The notes: generated from the sequence alone by a model not told the origin. A stretch of 64,000 nt of DNA from Verrucomicrobiota bacterium (GCA_049324635.1 JBMONL010000035.1:20584-84583), one strand, 5' to 3'; counted from the stretch's first letter, positions 8,872 through 18,396 are shown. Translations and numbers: made by a program.

Positions 8872-9861
8872 TCATTTCATTTTCCCTTTGCGGATTTCTT
8901 CTGTGAGGGCGGTGCTGAGATAACGTTCGCCGGTGCTGGCGGCAATCGTGACGATGAGTTTATCTTTATTTTCGGGACGCCGTGCCAATTCCATCGCCGC
9001 AAACACATTCGCGCCCGTCGAAATGCCCACGAGCAAACCTTCTTCTTTTGCCATGCGTTGCGCCATCTGGATGGCTTGTTCATCGGTCACTTGAATCACT
9101 TCGTCCAGAATACTCAAATTCAAATTCCCCGGAATAAATCCGGCGCCGATGCCTTGAATTTTATGCGGGGCAGGGGATACATTCTCTCCTTTTAAAGTTT
9201 GCGTGATGATCGGCGAACTCTTTGGCTCAACAGCAATGATTTTTGCGTCAGGTTTCCGATTTTTTAAAACTTCTCCCACGCCGGAAATGGTTCCGCCGGT
9301 GCCAACGCCCGCGACAAAAATATCGACTTTCCCTTCAGTATCTTTCCAAATTTCCTCCGCAGTAGTTTCGCGATGGATTTTCGGATTTGCGGGATTGGAA
9401 AATTGCTGAGGAATCCATCCTTTGGGAATGCTCATTTGCAATGATTCCGCCATGGCAATAGCCCCTTTCATGCCGTCGGAAGCGGGAGTCAAAATCAACT
9501 CCGCGCCCAACATCGCCAAAAGTGTGCGGCGTTCCTCGCTCATACTTTCGGGCATGGTGAGCATCACTCGATATCCGCACACGGCGCCCGCAAAAGCCAG
9601 CGCGATCCCCGTATTGCCGGAAGTCGGCTCAATGATGACGGTGTCGGGGGTAAGAACCCCTTCTTTTTCCGCCGCTTCGATCATGGCGATGCCGATGCGA
9701 TCCTTCACACTGCCGAGCGGATTGAAAAATTCGCATTTTACAGCAATCGTCGCCTGCAATCCTTGAGAAATGCGGTTGAGTTTTACCAACGGCGTGTGTC
9801 CAACAGTCTCGATAAGATTATTGTAGATTGCCATAAGAGGCGCGTGCTTTATATAATTCAT
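8872..9861 (-). CDS. cysK: Cysteine synthase (O-acetylserine sulfhydrylase)
   Basis: PLP-lysine motif GSVKDRIG and the [10 protein letters not shown] loop are present. The true start is probably the internal Met (MAIYNN..., 9834), because 9861 lies 2 nt from the divergent ORF. Confidence 0.9.
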   Translation of the reverse strand: MNYIKHAPLMAIYNNLIETVGHTPLVKLNRISQGLQATIAVKCEFFNPLGSVKDRIGIAMIEAAEKEGVLTPDTVIIEPTSGNTGIALAFAGAVCGYRVMLTMPESMSEERRTLLAMLGAELILTPASDGMKGAIAMAESLQMSIPKGWIPQQFSNPANPKIHRETTAEEIWKDTEGKVDIFVAGVGTGGTISGVGEVLKNRKPDAKIIAVEPKSSPIITQTLKGENVSPAPHKIQGIGAGFIPGNLNLSILDEVIQVTDEQAIQMAQRMAKEEGLLVGISTGANVFAAMELARRPENKDKLIVTIAASTGERYLSTALTEEIRKGKMK

Positions 9862-9863
9862 AA

Positions 9864-10595
9864 ATGGATTTTAAAAGAATGGAAGTGAAAAAGGCGGTCA
9901 TTCTCGCCGCGGGAAAGGGGACTCGCATGAAAGATTTGACCAAGGATATGCCCAAACCGATGGCGCTTGTGCGCGGCAAGCCGATCCTAGAATATATTCT
10001 TACCGGACTGCGCGATTTTGCCGGCGTGAAAGATTTTTTTATCGTCACCGGTCACTGCGCCGAAGTCGTCGAAAATTATTTCAAAAATGGAAACGATTGG
10101 AATGTTTCAATTACTTACGGCAGGCAAGAAATTCCCGACGGCACCGGCAAAGCGCCAGAATTGGCGAAACATTGGGCGTGTCATGATTCTTTTTGGCTCA
10201 TTTACGGCGACATTCTCATCGATCCCTCCGAATACGGCGAAATGCTCGCCTCGTTAAAAAATGAAGCGCTCATTTCCGCGCGCCGAGGAGAAAACGTCAA
10301 ATTCGGCGGCGCTGTGGTATTCGATGAAAATTTCTTATTGAAAGATTTAATCGAAAAATCCGATAAACCTATTTCTCCTTGGTACAACGCAGGCATTTAT
10401 ATTTTTCCTCCTGAGATTTTCAATTATACGAGTCGCTTGCAAAAATCCGCGCGCGGAGAATACGAGCTCACCGACGCCATCCGCGCGATGGCGCGCGGTG
10501 GAATAAAAATTCAGGGCTACGAAATCAAAAAGAGCTGGGTTGACGTTCGCGATCCGCAGGTGTTGACGAACTTGAATCAATCAGCGGTAACGTAA
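9864..10595 (+). CDS. Sugar-phosphate nucleotidyltransferase (NTP_transferase family)
   Basis: [12 protein letters not shown] (GxGTR motif) and LIYGDIL are present. The start is possibly at 9879 (MEVKK). Confidence 0.8.
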   Translation: MDFKRMEVKKAVILAAGKGTRMKDLTKDMPKPMALVRGKPILEYILTGLRDFAGVKDFFIVTGHCAEVVENYFKNGNDWNVSITYGRQEIPDGTGKAPELAKHWACHDSFWLIYGDILIDPSEYGEMLASLKNEALISARRGENVKFGGAVVFDENFLLKDLIEKSDKPISPWYNAGIYIFPPEIFNYTSRLQKSARGEYELTDAIRAMARGGIKIQGYEIKKSWVDVRDPQVLTNLNQSAVT

Positions 10596-11847
10596 AATAA
10601 ATCGTCGTGCCTTTTCCTTCAAAACTCTCCGCCCAGACCATGCCGCGATGTTTATCGATGATACTTTTAACAATCGCCAATCCCAACCCCGTGCCGCCAA
10701 GCTCGCGCGACCGCGCCGGATCGACGCGGAAAAATCTGTCGAAGATATGCGCGATTTTCTCCGAAGGAATGCCGATGCCGTTGTCTTTGACGAAAAAGGT
10801 AATCGTGCGTTTTTCTTGTTCTAAAATCGCGCCGATTTCCACCATGCCGTTCGGTTTGGAATAATGCATGGCGTTTTCCAGTAAGTTGGAAAAAACTTGT
10901 TCCAGTCGCAACGGGTCTGCTTCGATCGAGGGCAACGTCGTCTTAACATTGGTCGCCAAATGCAATCCTTTTGCCTGATAAAGACGGGTCCATTCTTCGC
11001 TGATTTGTTGGAGTAAGTTGGAGGTATTGACAATGGCGGTTTCCAGATGAATTTGACCCGATTCCAAACGCGAAAGAGTCAACAAATCTTCCACCAAGGT
11101 GTTTAGGCGTTCCGAGTGACGTTGCAAAACTTGAGACATGCGTTGCGCCTCAGGCGACAATTCGTTTGGACGGCTGAGCATGGTTTCCAAATAACTTTTA
11201 AAAATCGCTAACGGTGTACGCAATTCATGCGAGACATTCGAGATAAAATCCCGGCGCATATCGTCGAGCGCTCGAATCGATGTAATATCGTGAAACGTGA
11301 CCACCGCGCCGGTGCAATGCGTATCGATAATATCCATAAGAGGCACGGCATTGACTTCAAAGATGCGTTTTCCCGATGGTCCTTCAATCGTCATTTCCTG
11401 CGAAGTTTTTTTGCTTTGGCTGATCGTGTGCGAAATAATGGTTTGAGCATCTTTGTTTTTCAGCGCATCGGCAACGGTTTTTTCCACGGGACTGTGCTCA
11501 AGATTGAAAAGTTTCATCAATTCGTCGTTAACCAACTTAATCCGGTACGCGCTATTGACCACCATCACGCCCTCAACGATGCTCGCCAGTACGGCATGAA
11601 GATTGAGTTTTTCTGTCGAAACGTGATAACCCAGCCGCACGATGCGCGCATCAATGCGTTCGAGATTTTTAATCAGGCTGTCGAGTCCCAATGCGCCTTG
11701 AATCGTGACATTCGATCGATCTTTGCCCTCGGCCAGCGCTTCCGTCAAATCTCTGACACGTTTGAGAGGGAGATATATGTAAATGTAAAAAAAGACCAAA
11801 ATTTCCAACAATAAAAGAAGTAATAATCCCCAAACAACGTACTGCAT
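10525..11847 (-). CDS. PhoR-like sensor histidine kinase (TM-PAS-HisKA-HATPase)
   Basis: 440 aa with H-box FISNVSHELRTPL, N/G boxes VKDNGIGI and GGTGLGLAIV, and an N-terminal TM helix. Its 3' end overlaps the convergent gene by 71 nt. Confidence 0.85.
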   Translation of the reverse strand: MQYVVWGLLLLLLLEILVFFYIYIYLPLKRVRDLTEALAEGKDRSNVTIQGALGLDSLIKNLERIDARIVRLGYHVSTEKLNLHAVLASIVEGVMVVNSAYRIKLVNDELMKLFNLEHSPVEKTVADALKNKDAQTIISHTISQSKKTSQEMTIEGPSGKRIFEVNAVPLMDIIDTHCTGAVVTFHDITSIRALDDMRRDFISNVSHELRTPLAIFKSYLETMLSRPNELSPEAQRMSQVLQRHSERLNTLVEDLLTLSRLESGQIHLETAIVNTSNLLQQISEEWTRLYQAKGLHLATNVKTTLPSIEADPLRLEQVFSNLLENAMHYSKPNGMVEIGAILEQEKRTITFFVKDNGIGIPSEKIAHIFDRFFRVDPARSRELGGTGLGLAIVKSIIDKHRGMVWAESFEGKGTTIYFTLPLIDSSSSTPADRERQPSSF

Positions 11848-12042
11848 GCGCTTCGCATGTTAATTCACTCGTCGAAAACCTGCAATACAAAGAAAAAGAT
11901 CAGGAGTTTCCCCGCTTTTTTTGATACAGGACAAAGGGGATAAGAAATTTAAAATCCCAAATTCAAAACAAATTCCAAATATGTTTTGATATTTTGTCAA
12001 AGACATCCTTCTCATTCACGGAAAAGTGGAGAATAAGCCGTT

Positions 12043-12080
12043 TGAAAAATAAGCGCCTCGTCTTCCAAGACGAGGCGCTT
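12043..12080 (-). terminator. Rho-independent terminator of the EF-hand gene
   Basis: AAGCGCCTCGTC-ttccaa-GACGAGGCGCTT forms a 12-bp GC-rich stem. On the minus strand it is followed by ATTTTTC. It lies 11 nt after the stop codon. Confidence 0.75.
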
Positions 12081-12091
12081 GTGTTTAGCAG

Positions 12092-13384
12092 TTATCTGTT
12101 ACCGCCAAAACGCATGCCTCGGGGCGGTCTTTGAGGCTCCGGGCATGACGTGTGTGCGGTCTCCTTTTCGCTTTCACTAAGGACGCCGTCACCGTCGGCG
12201 TCAAATTTGGCAAGAATTGCGTCATCGATTGTCTTTTTCGCGGCTTCTTTTTCAGTGTCGCTGAGCGTGCCGTCGTCGTCTGTATCGAATAAATCGAGAA
12301 TCTCGGCATTTTTGGCTTCTCGCGCCGTTTTTCTTTCCGTATTGCTGAGCGTACCGTCGCCATCGGCATCGTACGAAGCCAATAGGGTTGCATCCATCGC
12401 GGTTTTTGCGGCGCTTCTTTCGGTTTCGCTCAATGTGCCGTCGCCATCCGTATCATAAGTCGTCAGCATTTGAATATTCATGTACGCGCGTCCAATCATC
12501 TCAACGTCTCTCGCTGTTTGCATGGCGGTTTTTTCAGTGTCACTGAGCGTTCCGTCGCTATCCGAATCGAAGCGCGATATATCTCCGCCGCCGAAACCAC
12601 ATCTCGGAGGAGGACGATGTCCGCCGCCTAATGCTCGCAAAGCCGCTTCCGCAGTGGCTTTTTCAGTATCGCTGAGCACGCCATCGCTATCGGCGTCATA
12701 TTTGGACAAAAGCGCGGCATCGATAGCCGTTTGAATGGTTTCTATTTCGCTTTCGCTAATGATACCGTCCTCATCCGTGTCGAACAAATCGAGTAACTCC
12801 GTTTCTCTGGCGGCTCGGAAAGTTTCTCTCTCGGTCTCGCTGAGCACGCCGTCGCTGTCCGCATCGTATGCCGCTAATATAATAGCTTCCTTTGCGGCTT
12901 TAGCGGTTGCTTTTTCCGTGCTACTGAGCGCGCCGTCGCTGTCCGCGTCATACGTAATCAAGGTTTGCACATCTTGATAGACTCGAAAAACTCGCTCTGC
13001 TTCCATAACGATTTTTGCGGCTTCTTTTTCAGTGTCGCTCAATGTGCCGTCTCCATCCGTATCGAAGCGCTCCATATTGCCGCCGCCAAAATCCCCACAT
13101 CCCGGAGGAGGACGATTGCCGCCAAAATCGCCGCATCCCGGTGGCGGTCGAAGCCCGTTACCGCTAGCGCCCGAGGCTAAGGATTGCAAGGTTTCGGACA
13201 AAGAGGTGATTTCATCAGCGCTAAGCGTGCCGTCGCCGTCTGTATCAATATTCGACCAGTCAAAAGATGAGATGGATGACGAATAAATTATATCATAGAA
13301 ACTTTCTTCTTGAGCGCAGGTAATCGCCGCCATGGCGAGAAAACACGCGCTCAGAACCACTGAGAGTTGATAGATTGTTTTCAT
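12092..13384 (-). CDS. Secreted multi-EF-hand calcium-binding repeat protein (11 DxDxDGxLSxxE loops)
   Basis: 430 aa with a signal peptide (AAITCA-QEE). It has 11 canonical 12-residue EF-hand loops (e.g. DTDGDGTLSDTE) and RPPPGCGDFGG-type linkers. Confidence 0.8.
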   Translation of the reverse strand: MKTIYQLSVVLSACFLAMAAITCAQEESFYDIIYSSSISSFDWSNIDTDGDGTLSADEITSLSETLQSLASGASGNGLRPPPGCGDFGGNRPPPGCGDFGGGNMERFDTDGDGTLSDTEKEAAKIVMEAERVFRVYQDVQTLITYDADSDGALSSTEKATAKAAKEAIILAAYDADSDGVLSETERETFRAARETELLDLFDTDEDGIISESEIETIQTAIDAALLSKYDADSDGVLSDTEKATAEAALRALGGGHRPPPRCGFGGGDISRFDSDSDGTLSDTEKTAMQTARDVEMIGRAYMNIQMLTTYDTDGDGTLSETERSAAKTAMDATLLASYDADGDGTLSNTERKTAREAKNAEILDLFDTDDDGTLSDTEKEAAKKTIDDAILAKFDADGDGVLSESEKETAHTSCPEPQRPPRGMRFGGNR

Positions 13385-13452
13385 TCTACTCTTTCAATGT
13401 GTGATGAACTCGAATGCGTAAAGGAATTTTTAGAAAATAAAAAAAATAAATC

Positions 13453-13481
13453 TGCGCAACTTTTCGCCGGCTTCTTCGTCT
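13453..13481 (+). promoter_or_regulatory. ECF-type promoter motif P1 (GCGCAACTTTT-N12-CGTCT)
   Basis: The AAC at 13458-13460 and CGTC at 13477-13480 are separated by 16 nt. This matches the generic ECF -35 (G)AAC / -10 CGTC architecture. Confidence 0.5.
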
Positions 13482-13510
13482 CGCCAACGTCCATTAAAAT
13501 TTAGCGTTTC

Positions 13511-13539
13511 CGCGCAACTTTTTGGCCTTATACTCGTCT
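13511..13539 (+). promoter_or_regulatory. ECF-type promoter motif P2 (GCGCAACTTTT-N12-CGTCT)
   Basis: The AAC at 13516-13518 and CGTC at 13535-13538 are separated by 16 nt. It lies immediately upstream of the sigma factor gene. Confidence 0.55.
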
Positions 13540-13592
13540 AGCCTTATAAAGCCTTGAATAACATTTTAGAAACAGAGGGAGATTTGGAAGAC

Positions 13593-14117
13593 ATGATTCG
13601 GCGTTCTCAGCGTAACGACTTGGAGGCTCAAGAGTGGATCATCAAACGTTACCAATCGCGCGTCGCAGGCTTTGTTTTTTCGATGACCGGCCGCCAAGAT
13701 AACATCGAAGATTTAACCCAAACGGTTTTTATTAAGATGTTGAAAGCTCTGCCCTCGTTAAAACAAATCGAGCGTTTTCAATCGTGGCTCTTCCGCATCG
13801 CTCGAAATGCCTGTCTGGATCATCTGCGCCTGCAACGTTGGACTCAACTCTTTACTCGTTTTACTCGCGATCACGAACAAATCCCGGCGGCTTCTACACA
13901 ACAATTTTCCGACGATATCGGCTGGTTGGCGCACGAACTTCAAGCTTTGCCGCCCCATCAACGCGAAGTCATCGTCTTAATGCAAAACGACGCTTTAAGC
14001 TATCAGGAAATGGCCGACATTTTACATTGTAGCGTGGAATCGGTTAAATCGCGCATCTTTCGCGCCCGCTCCACCCTCAACGAAAGGAGAAAAAAATATG
14101 AACGCTCAACCTCATGA
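13593..14117 (+). CDS. ECF (sigma-70 family, group 4) RNA polymerase sigma factor
   Basis: Region 2 (DLTQTVFIKMLKAL...FQSWLFRIARNACLDHLR) and region 4 (REVIVLMQNDALSYQEMADILHCSVESVKSRIFRAR) are both present. I prefer the ATG at 13593, which follows GAGGGAG. The track ORF starts at a TTG at 13554. Confidence 0.85.
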   Translation: MIRRSQRNDLEAQEWIIKRYQSRVAGFVFSMTGRQDNIEDLTQTVFIKMLKALPSLKQIERFQSWLFRIARNACLDHLRLQRWTQLFTRFTRDHEQIPAASTQQFSDDIGWLAHELQALPPHQREVIVLMQNDALSYQEMADILHCSVESVKSRIFRARSTLNERRKKYERSTS

Positions 14118-14367
14118 ACCTTGGGATCGCATGGAATCTTTCGCCAATCAAAAATTATCCAACAATTTTGCCGCCACTGTCGTGCGGCACGCTCAACAAC
14201 AACGATACGCCGCCCGTCGCCGCAAAACCATGCTCGTCGTTTATGGAATATGCATGTTGGGCGCTTGGGGAACTTCGTATTGGCATCAAAGCCGCGAAAC
14301 TCTCCAGAACGCAGAACAATGGCAATATTTATATGTGGAAAATGAAATTATGAGGACATCGATATGA
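14098..14367 (+). CDS. Putative single-pass anti-sigma factor
   Basis: 89 aa with one TM helix (MLVVYGICMLGAWGTSYW). It overlaps the sigma gene stop by 20 nt and the next gene by 4 nt. The functional call rests on position only. Confidence 0.45.
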   Translation: MNAQPHEPWDRMESFANQKLSNNFAATVVRHAQQQRYAARRRKTMLVVYGICMLGAWGTSYWHQSRETLQNAEQWQYLYVENEIMRTSI

Positions 14368-15029
14368 AAGACCAAATCAAAGTTGCTATCATTACTATTC
14401 TAATCTTTATTTCTGGACTTGTGATCGGTATTTGGACTCAACGAGGACAACAGATTCCTCCGCCTCCTCCCTTTGGCCCTATGGCGGAATGGGAGCATGG
14501 TGGGCCCGGTGGGCCGGACTTTGGGCATCCTGAGCGCAGAGAATCTTTTGATCGCGGTCATCTTCCTCCTCCCATGCCGCCGGAGCACATGAAAGCCATG
14601 CGAGCCAAGATGGAGCAAATGAAACCTCAAATGGAAGAGTTTCAAAAAAAATTGGAAGCCATTCGAGAAAATAATAAAAATAAAATGCTCGAAATTCTTC
14701 GCGAAGATCAAAAAACTAAATTTAATGAGATTCAAAATCGTCGCGATCAAATGGTAGATCGCACCATGAAAGGAAAATTACAGATGCCTTTTGGCAAGGG
14801 CGGGATGTCCCCCATGGTGAAACATTTCGAGTTTCTCAGCACCATCATTTATAAACCTCTTTTGGATAGAATGAGCGAAGAACTCAATCTCGACGATGCT
14901 CAAAAGAAAACCTTTGAACATATTCTTGTCCAACGCCGCCAAGACGTGCTCAATCTTATCGATACTATGCCGCTTCCTTCCATGGAAGCTTGGGATAACA
15001 AACCTCCTCCACCTCCTGTGCATCGATAA
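14364..15029 (+). CDS. Spy/CpxP-like periplasmic protein (LTxxQ-type motifs), Pro-rich N-region
   Basis: 221 aa with an N-terminal TM/signal anchor. It has the LTxxQ-like motifs LREDQKTKF and LDDAQKKTF. It is the third gene of the ECF operon. Confidence 0.55.
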   Translation: MKDQIKVAIITILIFISGLVIGIWTQRGQQIPPPPPFGPMAEWEHGGPGGPDFGHPERRESFDRGHLPPPMPPEHMKAMRAKMEQMKPQMEEFQKKLEAIRENNKNKMLEILREDQKTKFNEIQNRRDQMVDRTMKGKLQMPFGKGGMSPMVKHFEFLSTIIYKPLLDRMSEELNLDDAQKKTFEHILVQRRQDVLNLIDTMPLPSMEAWDNKPPPPPVHR

Positions 15030-15109
15030 ATTTTTCTACCCCATGACAAGCGAATAGAGATCAGAGGTAGGTATCACAAAAGCCACACCCCATGCGTGGC
15101 TTTTGTGCA

Positions 15110-17482
15110 TTAATCACAGACCGGTTGAGAAACTTTGGCGAGCGCGGCCAACAAAACTTTTTTTGTTACAGGCTTGGAAAGATAAGCATTCATGTTTTCC
15201 AAAAGTTGATCTTTGTCTTCAGACATGACGCTTGCGGTCAGCGCAATGATATAAATAGACGCTTTTTTTTCCGGCAAAGACCGGATGGCGTGAGTCGCTT
15301 GAATGCCATCCATTTCAGGCATGTGAATGTCCATGAGAATCACGTCAAAATCATTGTTCTTCACGGCCTCCACAGCTTCGATCCCATTCGTCGCTTGAAA
15401 TACCTGATGGCCTTCTTTTTGTAGCATGGCTTGTACGACCATTCGATTTACGGGATTGTCTTCCACCAATAAAATCCGCAAAGATGCCGTATTTTTACTC
15501 ACAAAAGAATCTTTTTGTTCCATTTCTTGAGCGCGAATTTGTTCAGTAGTGGCAATCGGAAAATGACCTTGAATCCAAAAAGAACTTCCGTGTCCATACA
15601 CACTGTTGACACCCAATTCTGCGTTCATCAGGCGCGTAATTTTTTTACAAATCGCCAATCCAAGTCCTGTGCCTCCAAAACGTCGCGTAATTGACGAATC
15701 CGCCTGCTGAAATTCTTGAAAAAGATGCTCTTTTGCGCTCTCCTCGATCCCTATACCCGTATCATGAACAGTAAATCGCAAGACAGCGATCGAATCGCAA
15801 ACATTTACGCAGTTTACTTCAATGGAGACTTTTCCTTTTTCAGTGAATTTAATCGCATTGTTTACAAAATTCAAAAGTACTTGTTTGAGTCTCAATGGAT
15901 CTCCAATGACCGTTTGAGGAAGTCCGGAATCAATCGAAGTTTGTAACAAAAGCCCTTTTTCCTCGCTCTTGAGAGACATGAGACGTAGGACGTCGTCAAT
16001 CATCTTTTTCGGCTCAAATGGAATGCTTTCCAATTCCAGTTTACCGGATTCCAGTTTGGAATAATCCAGAATATCATCGATAATACCCAAAAGAATTTCT
16101 CCGGAATTATGAATCACCTGAACATATTCTTTTTGTTTTTCGTTCAATGGAGTTTCCATCAAAACTTGTGTCATTCCCAACACGCCGTTCATGGGCGTGC
16201 GGATCTCGTGCGACATGGTCGCTAAAAACGAACTTTTAGCCTGATTCGCCAATGTGGCCTCCAGCGCATGTTGATTGGCTTGTTCCACGGCGGCGGCTAG
16301 CTGGAGATTAAGATTTTCCAATTCATTTTTATGCGCCTCAATTTCGGTCAGCGCCTTTTGAAGCTTTTCTTCCGTGTGTTTGATTTCGCTGATATCCACA
16401 AATGTTTCCATTAAATACGGCTTCCCATTGAGATGAATCGCCATTGCGGTTTTTAATAACGGTTTGGCGGCGTTGTTAAAAAAACATTCTCGTTGTTGAA
16501 GAGGTTGAGATTCTTTTACGAAGGGATAAATGCAAGCATCCCCTGAACATATAGTATCGGTACATTTGCGCCCCACCATCTGATCTCGAGTAAGACCTGT
16601 AAGCGCTTCCGCTTCAGGATTGACTTCCATTATAGTATGCGAAAGTGGATCAATAATAATAATCCCCGCAGGCAAGGCGTTCAAAATGGATTTGAATTTC
16701 TCTTCGCTATAACACAAAGCCTCGTCCTTTATGTGGCTCTCATGCACGTCAAAGCAGTAGCCAACATAACCTTGAAAAGCTTGTTCTATATCATAAAACG
16801 GCCTGCCCACATCGATAATCCATCGATATTCTCCCGTATGATGCCGTAGTCTGTATTCCGTCCTAAAAAAACGCTTTTCTTGTAGTGCTTCATGATAATA
16901 TTTTTGATAAGATTCGCGATCCTCGGGATGAATATTTTCCATCCAACCGTTGCCGGTTTCCTGTTCCAACGATTTTCCCGTAAACGCCAGCCACGTTGCA
17001 TTAAAATAATGACGTTGCCCGTCCGGATCGGCTTTCCATATCAATACCGGCGCATCGTCCAAAATTCTCAAATAAAAATCATTCATGCGATGCGCATAGT
17101 CAGCACTTTTCTTCAACGTATCGATATCTGTTAAAGTCGCGATAAATCCATCTTCTGATTTTACTCCAGCGACTTTGATCCAATGTTTTTTTCCAGCAGT
17201 GATTCGTAAATGCTCCGCTTCGATTTGTTCTTCATCAGTCATTAATCTGATATACTGTTCGAATCCTCCGTTTGTTGACACTTCGGGAAAAATTTTAAAA
17301 AAAGTGTGCTGATGCAATTCTTCTTCGCTGGTATCGAACAATCTTGCGGCGGCTGAGTTGGCAAAAACGCATTGAAAATCTCGAATGCCTCCCTCTTCGT
17401 TGCGGATGGCTTGAAATATCATAGTCGCATGAGGAATAGCTCGTAGGACTTCAGTTAAATCGCTGTTTGAGAATAAGTTCAT
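15110..17482 (-). CDS. Hybrid sensor histidine kinase (multiple PAS, HisKA, HATPase, C-terminal receiver)
   Basis: 790 aa with H-box FLATMSHEIRTPMNG, G-box GGTGLGLAICKKI, and a receiver domain (ILLVEDNPVNR...DVILMDIHMPEMDG). Confidence 0.9.
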   Translation of the reverse strand: MNLFSNSDLTEVLRAIPHATMIFQAIRNEEGGIRDFQCVFANSAAARLFDTSEEELHQHTFFKIFPEVSTNGGFEQYIRLMTDEEQIEAEHLRITAGKKHWIKVAGVKSEDGFIATLTDIDTLKKSADYAHRMNDFYLRILDDAPVLIWKADPDGQRHYFNATWLAFTGKSLEQETGNGWMENIHPEDRESYQKYYHEALQEKRFFRTEYRLRHHTGEYRWIIDVGRPFYDIEQAFQGYVGYCFDVHESHIKDEALCYSEEKFKSILNALPAGIIIIDPLSHTIMEVNPEAEALTGLTRDQMVGRKCTDTICSGDACIYPFVKESQPLQQRECFFNNAAKPLLKTAMAIHLNGKPYLMETFVDISEIKHTEEKLQKALTEIEAHKNELENLNLQLAAAVEQANQHALEATLANQAKSSFLATMSHEIRTPMNGVLGMTQVLMETPLNEKQKEYVQVIHNSGEILLGIIDDILDYSKLESGKLELESIPFEPKKMIDDVLRLMSLKSEEKGLLLQTSIDSGLPQTVIGDPLRLKQVLLNFVNNAIKFTEKGKVSIEVNCVNVCDSIAVLRFTVHDTGIGIEESAKEHLFQEFQQADSSITRRFGGTGLGLAICKKITRLMNAELGVNSVYGHGSSFWIQGHFPIATTEQIRAQEMEQKDSFVSKNTASLRILLVEDNPVNRMVVQAMLQKEGHQVFQATNGIEAVEAVKNNDFDVILMDIHMPEMDGIQATHAIRSLPEKKASIYIIALTASVMSEDKDQLLENMNAYLSKPVTKKVLLAALAKVSQPVCD

Positions 17483-17519
17483 TGGAAATGAAATGCGTAT
17501 GGATACGACATTTCCAATG
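17480..17519 (-). promoter_or_regulatory. Hairpin that sequesters the hybrid-kinase start codon
   Basis: In mRNA sense the sequence is CAUUGGAAAUG-N18-CAUUUCCAAUG. This is an 11-bp stem whose last three nucleotides are the AUG at 17482-17480. Confidence 0.5.
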
Positions 17520-17679
17520 AAGATTTATCGCTGTTTTGCCGACTTGTAACGTCGGTTAATTTCTGACAATAGACTCGTCAAGGGGTCATGGTTGCACATG
17601 CACAGTTTCTGTGAATATGCAAACTTGACCCCGACCTTGTGACGTAGCTGTGCAAACTGACCCCGCCAATAGGGTAATA

Positions 17680-18396
17680 TCAAACGTATGGTTTTCCCAG
17701 AAATCGCGTCAGATTAGAAAACGCGAATGCTTTTTCTTTTAGCGTCTCGAAAATGCGCGGCACAGCCTGCGCGGTTTGAAGATGCAAATCATGCAATAAT
17801 ATAATAGAGCCGGGAGTCGTGGCATTGATTACGCGCGACGCAATCGCATCCGCTCCGGGTTTTTTCCAATCCTGCGGATCCACTGACCAATAAACAATGC
17901 CCAGTCCCTTGTCGCGCGCGATAGGTCCGTGTTTGGCTTTGTCAAACGCCCCATAAGGCGGACGAAACCAAATCGGCGTTTTCCCAGTGGCTTTAAAAAT
18001 AGCATCCTGCGTCTTTTGAATCTCATACTCCACTTGCGCCAACGGCAAACGGGTCAACATCGGGTGCCCATAAGAATGATTGGCAACTTCATGTCCCGCA
18101 TCCGCCACTTGCTTCGCCAAAGAAGGCGCGTGTTCCACATTTTTCCCAATCATGAAAAACGTGGCGCGTAAATCGTGCTTTCTCAATTCCTCTAAAATCG
18201 GCTCAGTGACCCCCGGCGTCGGCCCGTCATCAAAAGTAATCGCAATCCTATTCCCAAATCCGTTTCCTCGCGTCACAAAGCTCGGATTGATGTTATACTC
18301 TCCCTCTGTCACCGCGACTTCCGCAAACGCCATGCGCGAAAGCGCCAAATATCCCCCCACAGCCGCAAGGGCTTTCAAAAATTCACGACGCGTCAT
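17680..18396 (-). CDS. Polysaccharide deacetylase (NodB homology domain), Tat-type signal
   Basis: ITFDDGP and HSYGHP motifs are present. MTRREFLKALAAVGG is a twin-arginine-like leader, so I moved the start to that Met. Confidence 0.85.
   Translation of the reverse strand: MTRREFLKALAAVGGYLALSRMAFAEVAVTEGEYNINPSFVTRGNGFGNRIAITFDDGPTPGVTEPILEELRKHDLRATFFMIGKNVEHAPSLAKQVADAGHEVANHSYGHPMLTRLPLAQVEYEIQKTQDAIFKATGKTPIWFRPPYGAFDKAKHGPIARDKGLGIVYWSVDPQDWKKPGADAIASRVINATTPGSIILLHDLHLQTAQAVPRIFETLKEKAFAFSNLTRFLGKPYV

Noticed and set aside
10525-10595. 71-nt convergent overlap between the nucleotidyltransferase and histidine kinase genes as a possible regulatory antisense arrangement.
   Set aside because: The kinase catalytic domain ends about 18 codons before its stop, and the tail is unconserved in appearance. 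The overlap probably just reflects late stop codons, and nothing in the sequence supports a specific mechanism.
12150-13286. Series of Ser-rich plus-strand ORFs (102, 84, 80, 71 and 84 aa) antisense to the EF-hand gene.
   Set aside because: They mirror the GAC/GAT-rich repeat codons of the sense gene (GTC/ATC read as Ser/Val-rich). The periodic EF-hand motif clearly identifies the minus strand as coding.
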